A program made the translations under genes and the position numbers. Under the pieces are notes generated by a model, which was not told where the DNA came from, made no database searches, and worked only from the letters and a program-made list of their open reading frames with translations. Below are positions 57,745 through 64,000 of a stretch of 64,000 bases of DNA, in pieces. Positions within the stretch are counted from its first letter, which is position 1; every line of letters starts with the position of its first letter. This DNA is from Candidatus Kuenenbacteria bacterium HGW-Kuenenbacteria-1 (GTDB lineage: Bacteria; Patescibacteriota; Patescibacteriia; UBA2591; PGYQ01): NCBI GenBank assembly GCA_002839745.1, contig PGYQ01000001.1:16775-80774 (forward strand), written 5' to 3'.

Positions 57745-57960
57745 CTAATCCTCGACTTTTTTTGATTTTTTATATTCCTTTTCCCAAATAGGATCAAAAA
57801 CCTTAGCTAAATCTTTGTCATAATTTATCATTTTTTTGTTATATTCCTTGTCTTGCAAGGCCTGCTTTGCCGACTCATCAATAGGTTCAGGTTTATCTTC
57901 GTCAATAAATTCTCTCATTTTTTTATAATTTTTACTTTGAACTTGTTTTTTCAGTTTCAA
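57745..57960 (-). CDS. Small hypothetical protein
   Basis: ORF only; start uncertain. Confidence 0.4.
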   Translation of the reverse strand: MKLKKQVQSKNYKKMREFIDEDKPEPIDESAKQALQDKEYNKKMINYDKDLAKVFDPIWEKEYKKSKKVED

Positions 57961-58144
57961 AATTCTTTAAGAATAATTTGGTAGCTTCGATTTCTGCCTG
58001 ATTTCCGACCTTTATTATTTTTTCTATAATTTCCCACTGCTCATCTCGGTATTTTTTACCTTTGATTTTGCCGTGAAAATTATCCAACACCAACATTTCA
58101 AACTCGTTGATGTGTTTTACTAATTTTGAATTTGTTTCTATCAT
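57932..58144 (-). CDS. Small hypothetical protein
   Basis: ORF with ATG start, overlapping the next small ORF. Confidence 0.45.
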   Translation of the reverse strand: MIETNSKLVKHINEFEMLVLDNFHGKIKGKKYRDEQWEIIEKIIKVGNQAEIEATKLFLKNFETEKTSSK

Positions 58145-58164
58145 AAGTTTATTTATTTAATTTT

Positions 58165-58865
58165 TTAGTCAAAGTGTCCAAACTTATAATTAAATATATT
58201 TGAATATATCGGCCCAAATAAAATAAGATGCACTTCAACAGCAAGATATTTTGTGGCGATATTAAAACGTCCATCCTTATCTAGCCTTCTGACAGATACG
58301 GGTATTTGAATACTTTTCAAAAAATCGAATTTCTCAATTCTCTGCCTATCCTTAAAACGTAATCGTGGTCTTCGGCTAATTTAATTTTTTCATCAAAGCC
58401 ACCTATTAATTGATGGACTTCTTTCTTGGCAAAGATACAAAAACCTGGCGCATGAGAAAACCTTTTTTTAGTTGCCTGAAAATATAAATTAACTGCGCCA
58501 TGCAAAAACTTATCTATTTTTCTGTCGCTCAAGGGATTAATCAAACAAGAAGCGGAAGAAAGAGTTGAACCGTTAATTTCTTTAACAGCCTTCTCTAAAA
58601 AATCAGGCGGTAAAATTACATCAGCGTCTAAAAACAATAGCCACTCACCACGAGCAACCTTAGCGCCATTATTACGACCGCAAGCCGGCAATCCGCCCCC
58701 AACCACTTTTGCTCCGCTTTTTAAAGCAATCAAGCGTGTAGTATCAGTTAAATTATTGTCGGCCACAATAATTTCAAAATCTTTAAATACCTGATCTTTA
58801 AGAGATTTTAAAAGATGCGGTAAAAATTTTTCTTCGTTGAAAGTTGGAATAACAATGCTTAACAT
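58165..58865 (-). pseudogene. GT2 glycosyltransferase with a 2-bp frameshift
   Basis: SIVIPT.NEE, FLDAD, GGFDE, AEDHD; the homologous tail (IPVSVRRLDKDG...FGHFD) continues in another frame after GGCAGAGAATT near 58340. Confidence 0.75.
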
Positions 58866-58876
58866 AAATTTATGAT

Positions 58877-59464
58877 TTAAAATAAAATCGTAACAATTTG
58901 ATTAGATACTTTTTCAGAGTCAATTTTTTTATTTAAAAAAGAATACTCCAAAAGTAATCCGTCCATCATACCAGTAAGCAAAGATGTTAATAATCGACTA
59001 TCAACTTTTTTATTTAATTTTTTGCTTGAAAAAACTTCCTCTATCACTGGCTGAATTACATTAGCAACCTGTTCTCTTAATTTTTCGGTTCGCTTTGTTA
59101 TTTTAGAGTCAGCTGGCGAAAGTTTTACAACTAAAGCCTTGATAAGATTTTTTTCCTTAAAACCAAAATCTAAATAATTTTTAATTATTTTGTGCAATTT
59201 TTTATCAACCGCAGTTTCGCTTAATGCTTGAGTAAGGGTTAGATTTAAATCATTAAAAACATTATCAATCACTTTTCCATAGATTTCTGCTTTGCCGGTG
59301 AAATGATAATAAAGCGCAGCTTTGGTAATATTTAATTTTTTTGCAATATCATTCATTGAAACACCCAAATAGCTATATTCAGAAAAAAACTTACGGGCTG
59401 TATTAATGATGTGATTCTTGGTGTCTTGAATAACACCCTCAGATTTTTTTGCAATTATTTCCAT
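58877..59464 (-). CDS. TetR/AcrR family transcriptional regulator
   Basis: HTH IAKKLNITKAALYYHF.GK. Confidence 0.92.
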   Translation of the reverse strand: MEIIAKKSEGVIQDTKNHIINTARKFFSEYSYLGVSMNDIAKKLNITKAALYYHFTGKAEIYGKVIDNVFNDLNLTLTQALSETAVDKKLHKIIKNYLDFGFKEKNLIKALVVKLSPADSKITKRTEKLREQVANVIQPVIEEVFSSKKLNKKVDSRLLTSLLTGMMDGLLLEYSFLNKKIDSEKVSNQIVTILF

Positions 59465-59486
59465 ATTTTTTATAATTTTATTATTG

Positions 59487-59534
59487 TATACTTACCACTC
59501 GGTAAGTATATCAGAAAGGATAAATATCTGTCAA
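59487..59534 (-). promoter_or_regulatory. TetR promoter with overlapping palindromic operator
   Basis: TATACTTACC-ACTC-GGTAAGTATA (59487-59510); minus-strand TTGACA-18nt-TATACT with an extended TG. Confidence 0.7.
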
Positions 59535-59901
59535 GCAAAAATTTACAAAGACGATAATATTTGTTAAACTTATAATTAAGAAATAGTTTTAGGCGGCGCG
59601 CCAGCTTTGCTGGCACGAAAAATTGCGGCGGCGAAAAAAGAAGCGGCGAAAGCGAGGGCGGGCAAAAATTCCTTCCTCCCAACCCTCTTCCTTTTTGCCC
59701 GCCCGAGCGTTCGGTTTCGGTTCTGCTACGCGAAACGCGGCAATCAGTCAGTTTCGTTCAAAAAAAAGGTTCGCGCATTTTCAAACAATGGGCACCAAAT
59801 TGGAGACCCTACAAAAAAAATTATACACATTCTTGATAAATTTTAAAAATTTGATATTATATAAAAAATAAGTAATTTATTTATTTTTATAATTAATTTT
59901 T

Positions 59902-60909
59902 ATGCAAAAAGAATTAAAAACGTCAGATAAAAACAAGGCTACTTTTGAAGCGATTTCTCAAATTAAAGAACGCTTTGGTGAAGGATCAATTATGAAATTA
60001 GGTGAATCTAAAACAATGAAAGTAGAAACAATTCCTACTGGTTGTCTTTCTTTAGATATTGCCTTGGGAGTGATGGGTGTTCCTAGAGGACGAATAACGG
60101 AAATTTTTGGTTTGGAAGCTTCAGGGAAAACAACTTTAACTCAACATATAATTGCTGAGGTTCAAAAACAAGGCGGAATAGCTGCTTTTATTGATGCTGA
60201 ACACGCTCTTGATCCAGAATATGCTAAAAAAATAGGAGTTAATATTGATGAACTTTTAATTTCTCAGCCAGACACAGGAGAACAGGCTTTGGAAATTGTT
60301 GAAACATTAGTTCGTTCTAATGGTATTGATGTAATTGTAATTGATTCTGTTGCCGCGTTAACACCAAAAGCTGAAATAGAAGGGGAAATGGGAGATTCGC
60401 ATATGGGCTTGCAGGCAAGATTAATGAGTCAGGCTTTAAGAAAATTAACAGCAATTGTGAGTAAAACAAAAACTGCGGTAATTTTTATTAATCAAGTAAG
60501 AATGAAAATTGGGGTATTTTTTGGAAATCCAGAAACCACGACTGGTGGTATGGCTTTAAAATTTTATTCTTCAGTTCGAATTGAAGTGAGAAAAGCAGTA
60601 CAAATTAAACAAGCGGAGAAAATTATTGGTAATCGAGTTAAAGCTAAAATAGTTAAAAATAAAGTTGCCGCTCCTTTTAAAGTTTGTGAATTTGATATAA
60701 TGTATAATGAAGGAATTTCTATTACCGGTGATCTTTTAGATTTAGGAGTAGAACATAAAGTGATTTCTAAAACAGGAAATTCTTATTCTTTTAAAGAAAC
60801 AAAATTAGGTGTTGGTCGTGAAGTAACAAAGAATTTTTTAAAAGAAAATTCTAAATTACAAAAAGAAATTAGAGAGGAAATTTTAAAAACCATAAAAGAT
60901 GAATTATAA
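59902..60909 (+). CDS. recA: Recombinase A
   Basis: [38 protein letters not shown]. Confidence 0.98.
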   Translation: MQKELKTSDKNKATFEAISQIKERFGEGSIMKLGESKTMKVETIPTGCLSLDIALGVMGVPRGRITEIFGLEASGKTTLTQHIIAEVQKQGGIAAFIDAEHALDPEYAKKIGVNIDELLISQPDTGEQALEIVETLVRSNGIDVIVIDSVAALTPKAEIEGEMGDSHMGLQARLMSQALRKLTAIVSKTKTAVIFINQVRMKIGVFFGNPETTTGGMALKFYSSVRIEVRKAVQIKQAEKIIGNRVKAKIVKNKVAAPFKVCEFDIMYNEGISITGDLLDLGVEHKVISKTGNSYSFKETKLGVGREVTKNFLKENSKLQKEIREEILKTIKDEL

Positions 60910-60945
60910 ATTATAAATTTAAAATTAATTTTATTTGTAAATTTT

Positions 60946-61371
60946 ATGTCCAATCGTCATTTAGCGCGGTCTATTATTTTGCAAACACTTTATCAATGGG
61001 ATTTTAATGAAGAGAAAAATGAACAAATACTAGTTATTTTAAATAATAATTTAAAAAATTTTGCTTCAGAAATTAATAATCAAGATTTTATAGAAAAAAT
61101 AATAAATGGAATTATTAAAAATATAAAAGAAATAAATCAATGTATTCAAAAATATGCACCCGAATGGCCAATCGAAAATATTACCGTTGTTGATCGCAAT
61201 GTTTTAAGAATAGGAATTTATGAACTTATTTTTTCTTCTGAAGTTCCTCCCAAAGTAGCTATTAATGAAAGTATAGAATTAGCAAAAACATTTGGCGGGG
61301 ATTCTTCTGGAAAATTTGTTAGTGGTGTTTTAGGCGCTCTTTATAAGGATAATTTTGAAAATAAAAAATGA
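60946..61371 (+). CDS. nusB: Transcription antitermination factor NusB
   Basis: RH.AR...Q.LYQ, VDRNVLR, VAINE.IELAK.FG. Confidence 0.95.
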   Translation: MSNRHLARSIILQTLYQWDFNEEKNEQILVILNNNLKNFASEINNQDFIEKIINGIIKNIKEINQCIQKYAPEWPIENITVVDRNVLRIGIYELIFSSEVPPKVAINESIELAKTFGGDSSGKFVSGVLGALYKDNFENKK

Positions 61372-62072
61372 AAAAAAATTTATCTGAATTAGAAAAAAAA
61401 ATAAATATAATTTTTAAAAATAAGGATTTATTAAAACAAGCTTTAATTCATCGGTCTTATTTAAATGAAAATCCAAATTTTTCTTTAGGACATAATGAAC
61501 GTTTAGAATTTTTAGGAGACGCTGTTTTAGAATTAGTTGTCACAGAATTTTTATATATTTTGTATCCAAATAAACCAGAAGGAGAATTAACTAATCTTAG
61601 AGCAAGTTTAGTAAATTCTCAAATGCTTTCTGAATTGGCCTTTGAACTTGATTTAGATGAATATATTTTTTTAAGCAGAGGAGAAGCGCAAGAAAATTCA
61701 AAAGGAAAAGCGCGACGTTATATTTTAGCTAATGCAGTAGAAGCTTTAATCGGAGCTATTTATTTAGATCAAGATTACAAGAAAACAAAGAAATTTATTG
61801 AAAAATATTTTTTAGTAAAATTACCTGAAATTTTAATTCAAAAAACTTACATTGATCCAAAAAGTAAATTTCAAGAAATTGCGCAAGAAAAGGAAAAGGT
61901 AACTCCTTTTTATAAAGTTTTAAAAGAAACTGGGCCTGATCACGCCAAACATTTTCAAATAGGGGTTTATTTAGAAGAAGAATTAATAGCTAAAGGAGAA
62001 GGAGAGTCTAAACAAGAAGCGCAAGTAAGCGCGGCAAAAGAAGCTTTAAAGTTAAAGAAGTGGGAATATTAA
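61368..62072 (+). CDS. rnc: Ribonuclease III
   Basis: [23 protein letters not shown]-terminal dsRBD. Confidence 0.96.
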   Translation: MKKNLSELEKKINIIFKNKDLLKQALIHRSYLNENPNFSLGHNERLEFLGDAVLELVVTEFLYILYPNKPEGELTNLRASLVNSQMLSELAFELDLDEYIFLSRGEAQENSKGKARRYILANAVEALIGAIYLDQDYKKTKKFIEKYFLVKLPEILIQKTYIDPKSKFQEIAQEKEKVTPFYKVLKETGPDHAKHFQIGVYLEEELIAKGEGESKQEAQVSAAKEALKLKKWEY

Positions 62073-62118
62073 ATAAAAATTAAAAGTTTATAATTTAATT
62101 AAGGTAATATTTAAAATA

Positions 62119-62146
62119 AAAACTGATCTTAAAAAGGGTCAGTTTT
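62119..62146 (+). terminator. Terminator-like hairpin after rnc
   Basis: AAAACTGATCTT-AAAA-AGGGTCAGTTTT. Confidence 0.5.
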
Positions 62147-62185
62147 AAAATTGTCAAAAAGATATAAATTTAGTATACTTATTTT

Positions 62186-62947
62186 ATGTGTAAAATAATT
62201 TCAATTGTTAATCAAAAAGGTGGAGTAGGAAAAACAACAACTGCTGTTAATTTAGGGGCTTTTTTAGCAAAATTAGGAAAATCTGTTTTATTAATTGATT
62301 TTGATCCCCAAGGCAATGCCTCTTCGGGCACAGGAATTGAATGTAAAAACAAAGAAAAAGGAGTTTATGAAGTTTTGATAGGAAAAAAAATATTTAAAGA
62401 AATAATTCAACCAACTTTTTTTTCTAATTATTATGTTGCTCCATCCAATGAGTCTTTAGCTGGCGCGACAATAGAATTAATTAATTTAAAAGACAGAGAA
62501 TTTTGTTTAGCAAAAGCTATTTTAGAAATTAAAAATAATTATGATTATATTATTATTGATTGCCCGCCATCTCTTTGTCTTTTAACAATCAATGCTTTAA
62601 TGGCGACAGATAAAATTTTAATTCCAGTTCAAGCTGAATATTATGCCTTAGAAGGTTTAGCACAACTTTTAAAAACAATTAATCTTGTTCAAAAAAATTT
62701 AAAACCAGAGTTAGAAATTTTAGGGGCAGTGATTACAATGTATGACAAAAGAAATAAATTATCTGAAGCTGTTTTGCAGGAACTTCATCAACATTTTCCT
62801 TATAAAATTTTTCAATCAATTATTCCTCGATCAGTAAGATTAGCTGAAGCTCCTAGTTTTGGACAGACAATTTTACAGTTTGATCCAATTTCAAAAGGAG
62901 CTGAAGCTTATGAAAAATTGGCCATGGAAATTTTAGATGCATTTTAA
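62186..62947 (+). CDS. parA: Chromosome partitioning ATPase ParA/Soj
   Basis: NQKGGVGKTT, D.DPQGN, DCPPSL, LAEAPSFG. Confidence 0.95.
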   Translation: MCKIISIVNQKGGVGKTTTAVNLGAFLAKLGKSVLLIDFDPQGNASSGTGIECKNKEKGVYEVLIGKKIFKEIIQPTFFSNYYVAPSNESLAGATIELINLKDREFCLAKAILEIKNNYDYIIIDCPPSLCLLTINALMATDKILIPVQAEYYALEGLAQLLKTINLVQKNLKPELEILGAVITMYDKRNKLSEAVLQELHQHFPYKIFQSIIPRSVRLAEAPSFGQTILQFDPISKGAEAYEKLAMEILDAF

Positions 62948-62975
62948 TATTTTAAAAGCTAATGCTATTTTTATT

Positions 62976-63866
62976 ATGAAACATTTAGGACGTGGATTAG
63001 GAGCTTTAATTCCTAATCAAAATATTTCTCAAAAAAATTTTAAAAAAGAAAAAAAATCTTCTGATTATTTTAATTTTGATCAAAAAGAAAAAAATCAAAA
63101 TGGTGTTTTTGAAATATTAATAGAAAAAATTAAAAAAAATTCCAAACAACCTAGACAAAATTTTAATCCCGAGGCAATGGAAGAATTGGTTGATTCTATT
63201 TTAGAGCATGGAATTTTACAACCCTTGGTGGTTAGTAAAGACAAAGAGCAGGGATTTTTTGAATTAATTGCTGGCGAAAGAAGATTAAGAGCATCTCAGA
63301 TAGCTGGATTAAAAACCGTGCCAGTAGTAGTTCAAAAAGTAAATGCGTCAAAAAAATTACAATTGGCTTTGGTAGAAAATATCCAAAGACAAAATTTAAA
63401 TCCTGTTGAAGAAGCGCGAGCCTATCAAAGATTAATAGATGAATTTCATTTAACACAAGAAGAAGTTGCAAAAAAAGTGGGCAAGAATCGAGCGACGATC
63501 GCTAATATTTTAAGAGTTTTGATTTTGCCAAAAAAAATTCATGAGGCTTTGATTTTAGGTAAAATTAGTTTAGGGCATGCAAAAATAATTTTAGGTTTAA
63601 ATAATCCCAATGAGCAATTAAAACTTTTTGAAAAAATTCTTTTAAACGAATTAAGTGTGAGAGCAGTAGAAAATATAAAAAAGAAAAGCAAGCAAATTAA
63701 AAAAAATATTTTATTAGACCCTAATTTAAAAGAAAAAGAAGAAAATTTAAGAGAAACCTTAGGAACAAAAGTTAAAATTTTACCTCAAGAAAAGGGTGGA
63801 CAAATTATTATTGAATATTATTCAGACGAGGAATTGATTGAAATAGTAAAAAAAATAGTTAAATAA
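62976..63866 (+). CDS. parB: Chromosome partitioning protein ParB/Spo0J
   Basis: LGRGLGALI, QPR, GERRLRA, ENIQR.NLNP.EEA. Confidence 0.95.
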   Translation: MKHLGRGLGALIPNQNISQKNFKKEKKSSDYFNFDQKEKNQNGVFEILIEKIKKNSKQPRQNFNPEAMEELVDSILEHGILQPLVVSKDKEQGFFELIAGERRLRASQIAGLKTVPVVVQKVNASKKLQLALVENIQRQNLNPVEEARAYQRLIDEFHLTQEEVAKKVGKNRATIANILRVLILPKKIHEALILGKISLGHAKIILGLNNPNEQLKLFEKILLNELSVRAVENIKKKSKQIKKNILLDPNLKEKEENLRETLGTKVKILPQEKGGQIIIEYYSDEELIEIVKKIVK

Positions 63867-63868
63867 AT

Positions 63869-64000
63869 ATGTCAAAATTAAGCAAAAAACTTATCTCTCA
63901 ACAAATAGGGCAGGGAATAATTGAACATTTGCATTTTAAAACACAAGAACAAGAGGTTCAAAAAGTAATAGAAAAAATTATAGAATTACAATCAAATGTC
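63869..64000 (+). CDS. Partial hypothetical protein running off the window
   Basis: ATG 2 nt after the parB stop, open to the window end. Confidence 0.5.
   Translation, partial: MSKLSKKLISQQIGQGIIEHLHFKTQEQEVQKVIEKIIELQSNV

Larger units (their letters stand above)
56085..59804. mobile_element. Integrase-less genomic island at the tRNA-Leu 3' end
   Basis: 16-bp direct repeat TGGGCACCAAATTGGA at 56085-56100 and 59789-59804; cargo on the minus strand with higher GC. Confidence 0.8.

Noticed and set aside
59470-59871. Three overlapping short ORFs upstream of recA
   Set aside because: They arise from GC-rich structured DNA with few stop codons; non-ATG starts and no protein motifs
44-63471. Numerous short antisense or alternate-frame ORFs nested in long genes
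   Set aside because: They overlap well-supported CDSs and carry no recognisable motifs
62073-64000. parS site or oriC near parAB
   Set aside because: No TGTTTCACGTGAAACA-like palindrome or DnaA-box cluster seen in the window
1-64000. Alternative genetic code (UGA=Gly, as in Gracilibacteria/Absconditabacteria)
   Set aside because: Long genes are intact under code 11 and TGA acts as a stop (nusB, porC)

Overview
A very AT-rich bacterial chromosome segment read in genetic code 11. Gene content, Shine-Dalgarno-less TTTATG starts and scrambled ribosomal operons suggest Patescibacteria/CPR (Parcubacteria-like); this placement is an inference. Core genes: nusG, rpsI, cysS, glgA, dnaX, rseP, frr, holB, mreB, ndk, four-subunit PFOR, gatB, miaA, miaB, leuS, a P-type ATPase, xerC/D, secY, trxB, a SNF2 helicase, dprA, topA, an AsrA/AsrB-like pair, recA, nusB, rnc and parA/parB. 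There are five tRNAs: Cys-GCA, Gln-CTG, Trp-CCA, Arg-TCT and an unusual Leu-AAG. Main observations: (1) several REP-like palindrome families and 7-bp tandem arrays occur between genes and are also translated in-frame inside housekeeping proteins (DnaX, TopA, LeuS, MiaA, MiaB, XerC, PorA, GlgA, P-type ATPase); (2) an integron-type gene cassette with a full attC and an attI-like site but no intI; (3) a GC-richer PEP-CTERM gene with a strong SD in an apparently monoderm lineage; (4) a tRNA-Leu with an A34 anticodon that hosts a 3.7-kb integrase-less island; (5) four orphan IS-like ends (GAGACCCTAC) at junctions. No CRISPR array, rRNA or prophage was seen.
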